Below, in pieces: positions 8,825 through 18,833 of a stretch of 64,000 nt of DNA. The first letter of the stretch is position 1. The number at the start of each line of letters is the position of its first letter. The stretch covers positions 64,001 to 128,000 of the forward strand of contig CAYQCW010000005.1 of NCBI GenBank assembly GCA_964416155.1, written 5' to 3'. Position numbers and translations under genes: made by a program. The notes under the pieces are model-generated. The model had not been told where the DNA came from. It did not search any database and worked only from the letters and a program-made list of their open reading frames with translations. Source of the DNA: an uncultured Nitrososphaerota archaeon. GTDB lineage: Archaea > Thermoproteota > EX4484-205 > JAAOZP01.

Positions 8825-11800
8825 CCGTTGTCTCCTCCAACGCTTTCCCAGCAGGCATTTCTATGAACCTTGAGAAACCGTTCTTAACGAAGACTCCTAT
8901 AACCTTGTCAGCCTTGCTCACAACGACATCCTTGAGGGAAACAATTATTATCTGGCTTTCCATGGAGACTTCTTTCAAAAGCTCTGTCATCCTTTCAATG
9001 TTAACGTAATCCAAGTGTGCATCAGGCTCGTCGAAAATGTAAAAAGCTGCTGGGAAAAGTTTTTGCATAGCGAAAATCAGGCATATTGCTGCCACAGACT
9101 TCTCTCCTCCACTAACTCCGCTTAGTACTCTCGCCTCTTTCCCTGGGAACCTGACGTATACTGTTAATCCGGCTTCAAAAGGCCTTTCAGGATCCTCGAG
9201 TTGAAGCCATCCGTCGCCCCCCGTCATCCTGTTGAAGAAGATTGAGAAATACTTGTTTATCCTATTTAACCCGTCTAGGAAAGCTTCCCTTTTTCTCCTT
9301 TCAATATCCTCCATGAATTCCTGGATGCTCCTCCTTTCTTCCTCAAGCTCGTTAATCCTTTCAAGAGCATTCCTATAAAAGTAAACCTCCTGCTCATACT
9401 GGTTAATGGCAAGCATGTTTACCTCTTGAACCTTCTCAAGCTCGCTCCTAAGTATGTTCAAATATTTTTCCGTTGAGCTTTCCTTATCCTCTGAAACTTT
9501 AAGAGGCTGACCCGGAATCCTGCTTTTCAGCTCCCGAATCCTATTTTCACTCATCTCTTTGTCAACCAATAGCTTTCTCTCAACATCTTTAACTCTGTTT
9601 ATCTCCGCATTCAACCTTTCAATCTCCTCGTCAAGTTTCCGGATTGTTGAAACTAGGTCTCGCCTCCTATCTTCCACACCCTCGCGTACAACCTCTATGT
9701 TTCCCCCCATCCTTTCCTTCAAATCCCTAATCCTCATGTTTAAATCACGAGCCAGGATTAAAACATCCCTATTGTCTTCCCTGATTTTAGTGATTTTCTC
9801 GCTCAGAGCCTTCTTAGTATTCCTGTACTCCGCAGCCTTTCTATTTAGATTACTGATGATGTTTTCAATCAGGGTTAGTCTGTTTTTTAAAACATCTCTC
9901 CTCTTTTCAAGCCTGCGCAACTCGTTTCCAACCAGCATTATTCTCCTGCGAATCCTACTGACGCTTTTCTCCTTAGCGTCGATTAATGATTTTAACCTTA
10001 TCCTTTCACGTTCTAATAGACGTTTTTTACCTGAGTCACGTTTTCTAAATGCTTGGCTCAATCTTCGAGACGCTTCTAAATACTCGCTAGTCAAAGTGCC
10101 TAACTGTTCTCCCAGCTCCTCCATACGAGAGTCAATAGTGTTCAGGTCCTCGGCAAGCCTGTTTCGAATACTTGACGCTTCAATTATTTTACTGTTTAAA
10201 ACTGGTCTCACATGATTATTCATGGTTTCAAGTATTCTGGATAGCTCTCCAGCTTTCTCAGAGAAGCTTTTTACAATGTTTCTAATGCTTTCAAGCTTCT
10301 CCTCAATATTTTCCCTGACCAGTCCTCCTTCTACAGTAAAAACCTCGCCGTTTATGGTTGCTGCCCTAAACCCTCTTCTAGCGAAGACGAGAGCGTCCTC
10401 CGCAGTGTTAACCACAACGCTGTTCCAGAAAACCTTTAAGATATGTTTCTCAACACTCTTAGGGTATTTAACTACATCCATCATATGCTTGCCACGCCTA
10501 CTGAGTTCAAGCGGTATCTCTTTCCTGTTTAATTCTCCCTCAGAGGTTAACACTTTAATCCCGATGCCTTTTCCTCCAAGGAAGTTCATTAGGAAAAGCA
10601 TGTCTAGAGAGCTTTTAACGAGCACAGCATCCATCCAATCACCAGCCAGGCTTTCAACAGCTCTACTCAGTTCCCTTGGAAACCAAAGGTTTTCTCTAAG
10701 AACTCCGTAAATGCTTAAGCTTTTTTTCTCCGAAACGTTTTTCACAAGCTCTAGAATCCGCCTCCCTCTCTCATCCTGAATAGCGTAGTCTGCTATCCCC
10801 GACACTTTTGCAAAAAGGATTCTGAACGAATCCAAACTACTCATTAAGACTCTAATGGTGTTCATTATTTCATCCAACATCCTTTTCCTCTCTGCTAAAA
10901 CTCTGTCAAGATCAGCCAGTTTCTCGATCACCCTGCTCTTTCTAGCCGTCTCCACCTTCCTCCTCCTGCTCAAAGACCCTATTTTCCTCTTTAGACTGTC
11001 ATAATAGGTAGTGACTTCTCTTAACATTCTTTCCGAATTCTCCTCCTCAAGCACCAGCCGGTCTAAATCCCTGTTAACTAGAACCAGCCTGTTCATCATA
11101 CTGGAAATCTCTGCCTCCTGTTGTTTCTCGGCTTCTTGAAGCCTCTTCTTCTCGCTCAGAAGACGAAGTATCTGGCTGCTGATTGAAGAGCGTTTTTCAA
11201 GCATACGTCTATAATCCTCCGTCAGGCTAGCCGTTTTCCTCATGCTCTTACTCCTCTTCCGCCTTGTTTTAGACAATTCTCTTTTAATCGTGTCTAACTC
11301 ACTCCTGTTTCTCTCAAGCCTTTCAAAGGCTTCTCCAAGCCTTTTCTCAAAGTCTTTCAACTCGTATTGGATCCTAATTCTCTCCGCGTCAGGGGTTGCT
11401 GAAGCAGCGTTTTCTAAAAGTTCCTCCATCCTCTCTATAAGGCTTCTCTTCTCCACCTGTCTGGAGGCAAGCTCTGCTTCAAGCTCACTTCGCACGACAA
11501 TATTTTCCCCAAGGCTCCGGGAGATTTCCTCCAGTTTTCTGGCGAGCCTCCAATACTCGAACGAATTGATAATCGTCTGCATCCTCTCCACTTCTTTCTC
11601 AAGCATTCTTCTCCTGAGTAGAATGTTTCTCTCCCTTTCTAATTGAAGCATTCTTCTATCTATCTCTTGAAGCCTAGCCTGCGCCACCCTGAGATTATTG
11701 TCGGCCTGCAGCAGGTTGCTGAGCGCCTCCGCCTTCTTCTCATCGTACTGGGCTAAGCCTAGAGCCTGTTCTATCTCTTTTCTTCTCTCCACAGGATTCT

Positions 11801-12731
11801 TATCAGCCAGCCGCGAAATCTCTCCCTGCGGTATCATGTTGTAGCCTCTTGCAGAAAGGCCAGTTGAGGAAATGGTGTCTTCAACGACGTTTTTAGAAGT
11901 CCTTCTACCGTTGAGATAATATGTGCTTTCCCCGTCTCGCCCCATTCTCCTAGCAACTGTTATAAGCTTCTCTTGACCAAGTATTGTTGAATCACTATTA
12001 TCTATGGTTATTTTCACATAGGTCTCCGCTTCCCTGCCAGCGTTATCGTTAACCAAGGAGGAAAGCCTATCCATCCTAAGAAGCCTAGGATTGTTTTCTC
12101 CAAGTGCGAAACGTATCGCATCGATTAAATTACTATTGTGAACTATCAAGCCGTCTCCGGCAACATAGGAGCCAATGTTCTCAACGTATATGTCATATAC
12201 TTCTCCTTTCCAAAATCTCACAACTATTCTGTTTAAAACATCAAGGCTCGGTTTTCCACCGTCCATAATCATTATCCGCATGCCTTCTGAAAGCCGTGAA
12301 GCCTCCAACCATCCGCGTACCCCGCTCCCATAAACCACCATCAGCTTGTGCTCCGGGGTTACTTCGATCCTTCTGCCAGTCGCCGTCTCCATTTTTAACA
12401 GGCGCCCTTCATAGGGCTTCCTGAACATGGCGCTAACACTAGCTTCAACCCTCCTCCCTAGGTGCGGATGATAGCTTACGAGCAGCTCCCCTCTCCGAGG
12501 AATTATGTATTCTCCATCCATCTGCTTGATTCTGATGCTCTCTGAATACAATTCTTTGAAAAAGGATTCTACGGGCAGCGCTCCCCACGGCTGCCCTATG
12601 ATCGTCCAGGGCGCTACGCATTTTCCGGAGCCGTTTCTACCGGTTAAAACAGTTAAGCCTCTGCTCAGGTTTATTACCTGTCGGCCGCCCACCGACTTGA
12701 AATTCCTGATCTCGATCCTTGTCAGATGCAA
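8814..12731 (-). CDS. smc: Chromosome segregation protein Smc (intein-containing precursor; 1143 aa after splicing)
   Basis: Walker A GRNGSGK|S, Q-loop PQGEI, long coiled coils, hinge (IYGVL...AATINGEVF), signature VSGGEKS, Walker B FYIFDEPDAHLD. Confidence 0.96.
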   Translation of the reverse strand: MHLTRIEIRNFKSVGGRQVINLSRGLTVLTGRNGSGKCVAPWTIIGQPWGALPVESFFKELYSESIRIKQMDGEYIIPRRGELLVSYHPHLGRRVEASVSAMFRKPYEGRLLKMETATGRRIEVTPEHKLMVVYGSGVRGWLEASRLSEGMRIMIMDGGKPSLDVLNRIVVRFWKGEVYDIYVENIGSYVAGDGLIVHNSNLIDAIRFALGENNPRLLRMDRLSSLVNDNAGREAETYVKITIDNSDSTILGQEKLITVARRMGRDGESTYYLNGRRTSKNVVEDTISSTGLSARGYNMIPQGEISRLADKNPVERRKEIEQALGLAQYDEKKAEALSNLLQADNNLRVAQARLQEIDRRMLQLERERNILLRRRMLEKEVERMQTIINSFEYWRLARKLEEISRSLGENIVVRSELEAELASRQVEKRSLIERMEELLENAASATPDAERIRIQYELKDFEKRLGEAFERLERNRSELDTIKRELSKTRRKRSKSMRKTASLTEDYRRMLEKRSSISSQILRLLSEKKRLQEAEKQQEAEISSMMNRLVLVNRDLDRLVLEEENSERMLREVTTYYDSLKRKIGSLSRRRKVETARKSRVIEKLADLDRVLAERKRMLDEIMNTIRVLMSSLDSFRILFAKVSGIADYAIQDERGRRILELVKNVSEKKSLSIYGVLRENLWFPRELSRAVESLAGDWMDAVLVKSSLDMLFLMNFLGGKGIGIKVLTSEGELNRKEIPLELSRRGKHMMDVVKYPKSVEKHILKVFWNSVVVNTAEDALVFARRGFRAATINGEVFTVEGGLVRENIEEKLESIRNIVKSFSEKAGELSRILETMNNHVRPVLNSKIIEASSIRNRLAEDLNTIDSRMEELGEQLGTLTSEYLEASRRLSQAFRKRDSGKKRLLERERIRLKSLIDAKEKSVSRIRRRIMLVGNELRRLEKRRDVLKNRLTLIENIISNLNRKAAEYRNTKKALSEKITKIREDNRDVLILARDLNMRIRDLKERMGGNIEVVREGVEDRRRDLVSTIRKLDEEIERLNAEINRVKDVERKLLVDKEMSENRIRELKSRIPGQPLKVSEDKESSTEKYLNILRSELEKVQEVNMLAINQYEQEVYFYRNALERINELEEERRSIQEFMEDIERRKREAFLDGLNRINKYFSIFFNRMTGGDGWLQLEDPERPFEAGLTVYVRFPGKEARVLSGVSGGEKSVAAICLIFAMQKLFPAAFYIFDEPDAHLDYVNIERMTELLKEVSMESQIIIVSLKDVVVSKADKVIGVFVKNGFSRFIEMPAGKALEETTVVG
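12135..12620 (-). mobile_element. Mini-intein (162 aa, no homing endonuclease) in the Smc Walker A motif
   Basis: Begins CVAPWT after GSGK; block B VTPEHKL; block F VYDIYVE; ends IVHN followed by extein Ser (SNLIDAIRF). Confidence 0.93.
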
Positions 12732-12920
12732 CCTCTAAACCCTCTCCGCATCAGCCGCCACTATGAGCCTTAGAATAATATTCATGGGCTTTTTAATGTA
12801 ACTTGCAGAGTCATCCTCGCTTCGAAAACTAAATGTAAAGGTGCTCCCAAGCGTCATAAAGCTTAGCATAAGTGCCTAGGAATAAGTTTTTAAGCATTAT
12901 TTTAATGAGTCTGGGACAGG

Positions 12921-13310
12921 TTGTCAGTATACCACGGAGACATATTCAAAAGGAAGAAAACCGGGGGTAAGAGTCACCCCAGTAGGGGTAAACGCAAGTA
13001 TGAAATGGGACGGTCGCCAACCCTTACGAGACTCGGGGAGAACAATATTGTTGAGAAGATAAGAGTCAGAGGAGGAGGATTAAAGCTTAGAGTTATTCAG
13101 GCTGCTTATGCTAACGTCGCTGTTGAAAAGGATAGGGTTGTGAAAGCAAAGGTTCTAGACGTGGTTGATAATCCTGCGAACAGGGAGTTCGGGAGGATGA
13201 AAATAATAACAAAGGGCGCTATTATAAAGACTGAAGTGGGTAATGCTATGGTTACTTCTAAACCGGGCTCTAACGGGGTTGTGAACGCTAAGCTGGTTTC
13301 TGCAAGATGA
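12921..13310 (+). CDS. rps8e: 30S ribosomal protein S8e
   Basis: RKKTGGK, RKYEMG, RVRGG, IITKGAII, VTSKPG. Confidence 0.96.
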   Translation: MSVYHGDIFKRKKTGGKSHPSRGKRKYEMGRSPTLTRLGENNIVEKIRVRGGGLKLRVIQAAYANVAVEKDRVVKAKVLDVVDNPANREFGRMKIITKGAIIKTEVGNAMVTSKPGSNGVVNAKLVSAR

Positions 13311-13603
13311 AAAACATTTCTAAGGAACGCTACGTGATAGTTTACCCGCAGTATTTTGATTCCAAGGCTTCGCGGAAAATGGGTAGGCGTGTCTCTAAGA
13401 GTCTTGCGGTTGACTCTCCAAGCCTGGCTAGGGTTGAGGAAGCCTGTAGAAAGCTTGGCTTAAAGGTTATTCTGGAACCCGACAAGGCTTATCCGAGGGT
13501 GAGCAATGCTAAATGTGGGAGGATAGTAGTTTTCTGCAAGGATATGCAGAAGAAGAGCCTTATTGAAAAAATCGGGAGGGTCATGAAGGGTGGTGCTGGT
13601 TGA
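13307..13603 (+). CDS. srp19: Signal recognition particle protein SRP19
   Basis: VYPQYFDSKASRKMGRRV, KAYPR. Confidence 0.93.
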   Translation: MKNISKERYVIVYPQYFDSKASRKMGRRVSKSLAVDSPSLARVEEACRKLGLKVILEPDKAYPRVSNAKCGRIVVFCKDMQKKSLIEKIGRVMKGGAG

Positions 13604-13833
13604 AACGTAAAGGGACTGTTGAAAACATTCTTAACAACAGGATTGCTTTAGTTAGGCTTGAAGGGCTGGTTGGCTTAGGCTCCCTCGTCCTAAGCAGGGA
13701 TATGAGGCCGCTGGGAAGCGTTACAGACATAATAGGTCCTGTTAAAGAGCCCTATGCCGTGATTGTTTTAAAAAGAGACGTCAAGAAAGTTGGGAAAGGC
13801 GACGTCGTGTTTTTTAAACCTAGAAAAGCATAG
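13600..13833 (+). CDS. gar1: H/ACA RNP protein Gar1
   Basis: LGSVTDIIGPVKEPY; conserved position after srp19. Confidence 0.88.
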   Translation: MKRKGTVENILNNRIALVRLEGLVGLGSLVLSRDMRPLGSVTDIIGPVKEPYAVIVLKRDVKKVGKGDVVFFKPRKA

Positions 13834-13949
13834 TGCTCGGAAAACCTTTATAGCTTGGGAACGCTACTGTCAAAGACGGTGACAAAGCCTCGACGGTCAG
13901 AAAGGTCTCGAGAAGATACAGGCTTGAGGGAAAGGTCCTTAACATCATA

Positions 13950-14306
13950 ATGCGTTCCAAGGACGGGGTGGTTCAAACAGACCTATACAAGATGCTTAAA
14001 ATCTCAAGCAGAGAGGGCTCGAGAATCTGCTTGAAACTGGAGTCCTGGGGACTTATAAAGAGGGAGAAGGTTCTTCACAAGGAGAGATGGACCTATAAGC
14101 TTTACTCGACACGTAAGGTTCCAAAGATAGATTCGTTAAAGGGTTCACCGTGCTTCGCATGTCCGCATTTCAACAGGAGTTGTTCATCAGGATCTGCAAT
14201 AAGCCCTGAACGTTGTGAACTACTGGATAAGTGGATACTTACGATTGATGTGGGGGGAGCGGATGCTGAAGTCAAAGAGGCGGTGGCTTCAAGAGAGGAA
14301 GCGTGA
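13950..14306 (+). CDS. Winged-helix plus Cys-cluster protein, TFEbeta/Rpc34-like (true start probably further upstream)
   Basis: wHTH (QTDLYKMLKISSREGSRICLKLESWGLIKRE) plus PCFACPHFNRSC...ISPERC four-Cys cluster. Confidence 0.72.
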   Translation: MRSKDGVVQTDLYKMLKISSREGSRICLKLESWGLIKREKVLHKERWTYKLYSTRKVPKIDSLKGSPCFACPHFNRSCSSGSAISPERCELLDKWILTIDVGGADAEVKEAVASREEA

Positions 14307-14883
14307 CCCGTATTTTATACTTTCGAAGAAAGAGGGTTACCGTAGCAGGGCGTCGTATAAGCTTAAGCAGATACTGGATGAGTACAGGGTTATCAGAACT
14401 GGGGATGTTGTTCTAGATATTGGATGTGCCCCCGGAGGATGGCTTCAAGTTGCTTCTGAAGCCGTTGGTGAAACCGGGCTGGTTATTGGGGTTGATGTTA
14501 AGGAGGTTGAAAACCTAGGGTTGGAGCATGCTAAGACAATCGTGCTCGACGTTTTCGATGAGGGCTTTGTTGAAAAAGTTTTAAAAGAATCTAAAAACAA
14601 GTTCGACGCGATTCTTTCAGACCTCTCGCCTAACATGTCTGGGGTCTATGAGCTCGATCACGCTAGGCAGATTGAGATGGTCGAGAGGGTCCTACAACTG
14701 TCGAGGTACCTGTTGAAGACAGGCGGGTCGATGGTGATTAAGGTTTTCGAGGGCGAGGGTTCCGACAGGGTTTACAGGAGAGTTTCGATGCTCTTCAGGT
14801 TTGTTAAAAGGTTTAAGCCTAAGGCTTCCCGCAAGGGGAGTTCAGAATTTTACCTGGTCGCCAAGCTTTTCAAAGGATTCTAA
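14263..14883 (+). CDS. rlmE: 23S rRNA Um2552 methyltransferase
   Basis: YRSRASYKL, DIGCAPGGW, SDLSPN, KPKASR. Confidence 0.95.
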   Translation: MLKSKRRWLQERKRDPYFILSKKEGYRSRASYKLKQILDEYRVIRTGDVVLDIGCAPGGWLQVASEAVGETGLVIGVDVKEVENLGLEHAKTIVLDVFDEGFVEKVLKESKNKFDAILSDLSPNMSGVYELDHARQIEMVERVLQLSRYLLKTGGSMVIKVFEGEGSDRVYRRVSMLFRFVKRFKPKASRKGSSEFYLVAKLFKGF

Positions 14884-16057
14884 TAATTCTAATAAGCTCG
14901 TCGAGCCCAGCATTAGTCCTTATGCAATTATTATCGAAACCGCTTCTGCACGCTGCAAACCCTTCTTTCTCAAGCCTCTCTATAATAAGGGTTCTCCCAG
15001 GAGGGTTCACATGCAGGTTTGAAGCAAGCCCGGTTAAATCAATGCTTCCCACAATCTTCTGATCATCCGAGACGAGGGTTTCAAGGGTTCTTAAAACATT
15101 TTTGTCCACAAGTGTTTTCTCTGCTTTCTGAAGCAGCATTTTCTCAAGCCATTCCCTAGAGTATGTTTGGCCAGTGTAAAGCGGCCCCAGCAATAAGGAA
15201 TCCTTCTCGCAACTTTCTTCAAAGTCAACCACGCCGAGTGGCTCATGTATTTTCCCAACCCTCCTTACTTTAAGAAACCTGATTTGCGAAACACTTTTGA
15301 AAGCGTGTTTCCTACCCTTCAAAACTCTTACGAAAACCTTAACGTAATGTCTTCGCGTGATTGAAACAATAGGCTCAATCCCCCTTTCATTCCTGACGGC
15401 AGCATCAGCCAAAGCTTTAAGCAGAACCCTGACTCCAATTTCCCGCATGAAACCAGTTTTAAAAACATTCACACCGTAAAGCATCCTCGCAGCCCGCTTA
15501 TGTACTCCGAAAAGGTTGGCAGTGTCAGTGGCGGTTACGCTGAGCACGCCACCGTGTTTAACAGCTTGAAAGCAGGTGTCAAGAAACCTGACAGGGGTTC
15601 CGAAAGGATCTATGTCAAGCATGTCAAACCTGCTGCCTCCGAGAGAATGCGTCACGTGAAAAATATTCGCATCCATTTTAGAGGCATGTATCCTATCCTC
15701 TAGCCTGTTCAATTTAACGTTCATAACCATGATTGCAAAAGCCCTTTGACTGTTATCGTTCATATATGCTTCACTCCATCCCGCCTCCGTAAGAACTCTT
15801 ATCGATCTTACTCCGACGCCCGCCATAGAGTCTCCAAAACAGAGGCTGCGCCCAGATTCCTTCTTAATCACGTTGGCAACCATGACTGTAAAATCCCTGT
15901 TCTCCTTCATCAAAGGATTGTAAAACACGGGTGCTTTAGAAGGAACATACTCGTTCGGCGAAACCCTGTAGTAATCCAGCTTTGGGACAATTATTTCAGC
16001 CCTCCCTTCCCTGAGCCTAGTCGTTTCGAAACCCGTCTCGTCTCCCTGCTTCTCCAC
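14870..16057 (-). CDS. trm1: tRNA (guanine-26 N2)-dimethyltransferase
   Basis: VFYNP, NRD, GVRSIR, DIDPFGTP, TATD. Confidence 0.93.
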   Translation of the reverse strand: MEKQGDETGFETTRLREGRAEIIVPKLDYYRVSPNEYVPSKAPVFYNPLMKENRDFTVMVANVIKKESGRSLCFGDSMAGVGVRSIRVLTEAGWSEAYMNDNSQRAFAIMVMNVKLNRLEDRIHASKMDANIFHVTHSLGGSRFDMLDIDPFGTPVRFLDTCFQAVKHGGVLSVTATDTANLFGVHKRAARMLYGVNVFKTGFMREIGVRVLLKALADAAVRNERGIEPIVSITRRHYVKVFVRVLKGRKHAFKSVSQIRFLKVRRVGKIHEPLGVVDFEESCEKDSLLLGPLYTGQTYSREWLEKMLLQKAEKTLVDKNVLRTLETLVSDDQKIVGSIDLTGLASNLHVNPPGRTLIIERLEKEGFAACRSGFDNNCIRTNAGLDELIRIIRIL

Positions 16058-16124
16058 GCTTCCAGTATCCGTCTATCTTCTTAAAAACTGTTGAGAAACC
16101 CTTTTATCCATCCTGAAGCCTCGG

Positions 16125-17474
16125 ATGCCTAAAATGTACGACTTGTGCGTAGCGGGTGCGGGTGCGGCTGGCGCAACCCTTGCCAGGGAAGCCGTTGGAA
16201 AGGGGCTGAAAGTTCTCTTAGTTGACAAGTCTCCCAAGGAGAAGGTTGGCGACAAGGTTTGCGGAGACGCGCTTGGCTCACACCACTTGGAAAGGCTCGG
16301 GTTAACCCTGCCCCGTGAAACTTATTTCTCCATATACCCTGGAATAGAAATATACTCTCCCGACATGCAGAGCCGCCTCAGCATAGTTGCGGAGGGTTTA
16401 AGCGCGTACGCTTTAAACAGGCTTGAATTCGGCCAGTTCCTCTTAAAACTGGCTTTAGACGCTGGTTGCGAGTTTAAGCCGGAAACACATGCCAGGGAGC
16501 TAATCATTGAGCGGGGTCGCGTAATAGGGGTCAGGCTGATGAGTAAGGATGGCGTTAAGGAGGATGTTTACGCCAAGGTGACTGTGGACGCTACTGGTTC
16601 TTCAAGAACCCTCTCCAGAATGCTTCAACCAGCTGGTTTCGACCAGGAGCTGGACGATGATGAAACATTGGTTTGCTATAGGGAGATCGTGAAGACGAGG
16701 GTGACGCCTCCTATACCCGCCATCTACCTGGATATGGATGATGCTCCCGGAGGATACTTCTGGGTTTTTCCAGAGGGGGAGGGAAGGGTTAACGCGGGCC
16801 TCGGAGTCACAAAGAGCTCAGCAAACCCTAAGCTTCTCTTCAGAAAATGGGTTGACAGGCTTCCCTGTCTTAAGAACAATATTGTGGGCGTTTTCCACAG
16901 GGGTGGAGGAATAGTTCCCGCCAGGAGGCCCATAGACTCCACCGTTTGGAACGGCTTCATAGCCGTCGGGGACGCGGCTTTCATGGTCAACCCTCTGCAC
17001 GGTGGTGGAATAGGTTCCTCAATGACCGGCGGCTTCCTGGCTGCCAACGTTGCTGCAGAAGCTTTAGAGCATGGCCGTGTCGACGAGGCGGCCCTGTGGA
17101 GGTTAAACATAGAGTACATGAGAAACTACGGTGTTAAACAGGCTGTTCTAGATGTTTTCAGGATTTTCCTCCAAGGCTTGAACAATGAGCTGATAAACTA
17201 CGGCTTGGCCCAGGGGCTCATTAAGAGTGAAGACCTGTTGGAGGCAAGCATGGGTGGGAAGCTTAGGCTTAACATTACTGAAAAGGCCTCAAGGGTTTTC
17301 GCGGGCATCGGTAAACCAGGCTTCCTTCTGAAGCTGAATAAAACTGTTAAGCTAATGGAGGATTTCAGACAATTATACGTGAACTATCCTTCACGTGGAG
17401 GATTTGACGGGTGGAGGGCTAAGGTAAGGGCCTTCCACGAGAAGCTTCATGAAGACATTGGAGTTTCTTCTTGA
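16125..17474 (+). CDS. Digeranylgeranylglycerophospholipid (geranylgeranyl) reductase
   Basis: GAGAAG FAD motif, KVCGD, PGGYFWVFP, VGDAA, NPLHGGGI. Confidence 0.9.
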   Translation: MPKMYDLCVAGAGAAGATLAREAVGKGLKVLLVDKSPKEKVGDKVCGDALGSHHLERLGLTLPRETYFSIYPGIEIYSPDMQSRLSIVAEGLSAYALNRLEFGQFLLKLALDAGCEFKPETHARELIIERGRVIGVRLMSKDGVKEDVYAKVTVDATGSSRTLSRMLQPAGFDQELDDDETLVCYREIVKTRVTPPIPAIYLDMDDAPGGYFWVFPEGEGRVNAGLGVTKSSANPKLLFRKWVDRLPCLKNNIVGVFHRGGGIVPARRPIDSTVWNGFIAVGDAAFMVNPLHGGGIGSSMTGGFLAANVAAEALEHGRVDEAALWRLNIEYMRNYGVKQAVLDVFRIFLQGLNNELINYGLAQGLIKSEDLLEASMGGKLRLNITEKASRVFAGIGKPGFLLKLNKTVKLMEDFRQLYVNYPSRGGFDGWRAKVRAFHEKLHEDIGVSS

Positions 17475-17563
17475 AACATACTGTTTTACAGAGATTAATC
17501 TACATCAACTGTCCTCACAGGCTGAGGGAAACGCTTATTACCCTTTTTTGAAAAGCTTCCTCG

Positions 17564-18259
17564 TTGGGAAGCGCAGGCTCGAACACCGTTAGGCCCAGTA
17601 AATCAGAAGTAGTGTTAACATTGTTAAACAAATACTCATGCGTATACGTAGTCACTCAGACGCAGAGGCTGCTCTTCAACCCTTCGGAGATAAGTTCTAA
17701 TGAAGTCGAGCCTGTCGACTACACTTTGATAACTGATGAGCAGCCTGAGCATTTCGACGAGAACCTGATAATGGAGCTCTATCTTCTTAAAAAGTCTGGA
17801 AAAATAATCGTCGACGAGACCAGCTACAGGATTCTTAGGTCCCAGGTTCCGAAGGAGATGCTTATTGCAGCCAAGCCTAACAAGCTGCTTATAAGCAACG
17901 GGCTGATCGTCAAATCCTATCCGAGTGAGAACTCTGAGGCCTCCACACCCGTAACCTACATGGTTACGCTTGAAAACGGGTGCAAGATTTTCCAGACGGG
18001 TGCTTCCCCCGTGTCTAAGGCTTTAAAAAAAGTAACTATGGAGGAGAAGCCTGACATAACTTTCATCCCCGTGGGCTTCAACCCCATGCTTAACGCTGTC
18101 TCATGGGTTGAATCCGTTGAAAACGCTAACTCTAAAATGATTATACCTTACCACGGTGAGAACCTTGATGGTTTCAACAGTGCCGTCAAAAGGAAAGGCT
18201 TAAAGATAGGGGTTGTAATGCTGAAAGTCGGGGAACCGTTTGTATACAGGGTTGGTTGA
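17564..18259 (+). CDS. MBL-fold protein with degenerate metal motif
   Basis: LITDEQPEHFD in place of HxHxDH; DITFIPVG; IIPYH. Confidence 0.65.
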   Translation: MGSAGSNTVRPSKSEVVLTLLNKYSCVYVVTQTQRLLFNPSEISSNEVEPVDYTLITDEQPEHFDENLIMELYLLKKSGKIIVDETSYRILRSQVPKEMLIAAKPNKLLISNGLIVKSYPSENSEASTPVTYMVTLENGCKIFQTGASPVSKALKKVTMEEKPDITFIPVGFNPMLNAVSWVESVENANSKMIIPYHGENLDGFNSAVKRKGLKIGVVMLKVGEPFVYRVG

Positions 18260-18833
18260 CCTCGTGGCGGAGACACTCGTAAAGACAGGTGGCTTCCTAA
18301 CTTGGCCGGATAAGACGGATGAGGGAGTCCTTCAACCGTTTGTGCTCGACCTAACTACAGTCTTAAACCATCCGGGCTTGTTCACCAGAGTTGCTTCGGG
18401 TCTTCTCAGGATCGTCAAGAAAAAAGTCGGGGTGAAGAGCTTCGAGTTTGTTGCTGGAGTACCTTTAGCCGGAATACCATACTCGTCCTACATTTGTCTC
18501 AAAACAGGCAAGCCCATGCTGCTCGTCAGAGAACGAGGAAAGGGGAAGCTTGTGGAGGGCCCCTTAAAAATGGGTGACAGGGTTCTCGTCATCGACGATT
18601 TCGTCGTAACCGGTAGACAGATACTGAGGACCGCCGGTAAAATTGTCTCAGAGGGAGGGGTTGTTGAACAGGCTGTTGTAATAGTGTGCCAGAGCAAGAG
18701 CGCTATGGAGAAGCTGAGAGGCAGAGGTATAAGGCTGCACCCACTGTTCGGTTTTAAAAGCCTCGTCGGAAGTCTGAAGAAGCTTGACGCTTTAACCGAT
18801 GAGGAATACGATGCTCTACTCTCTAAGGCCTAG
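18240..18833 (+). CDS. Type I phosphoribosyltransferase, PyrE-like
   Basis: VAGVPLAGIP and PRPP-binding motif VLVIDDFVVTG. Confidence 0.8.
   Translation: MYTGLVDLVAETLVKTGGFLTWPDKTDEGVLQPFVLDLTTVLNHPGLFTRVASGLLRIVKKKVGVKSFEFVAGVPLAGIPYSSYICLKTGKPMLLVRERGKGKLVEGPLKMGDRVLVIDDFVVTGRQILRTAGKIVSEGGVVEQAVVIVCQSKSAMEKLRGRGIRLHPLFGFKSLVGSLKKLDALTDEEYDALLSKA

Noticed and set aside
9559-11646. Long plus-strand ORFs antisense to smc (and similar ones over lhr, purB, nnr)
   Set aside because: Ser/Leu/Phe-rich shadows of Glu/Lys/Arg-rich coding strands.
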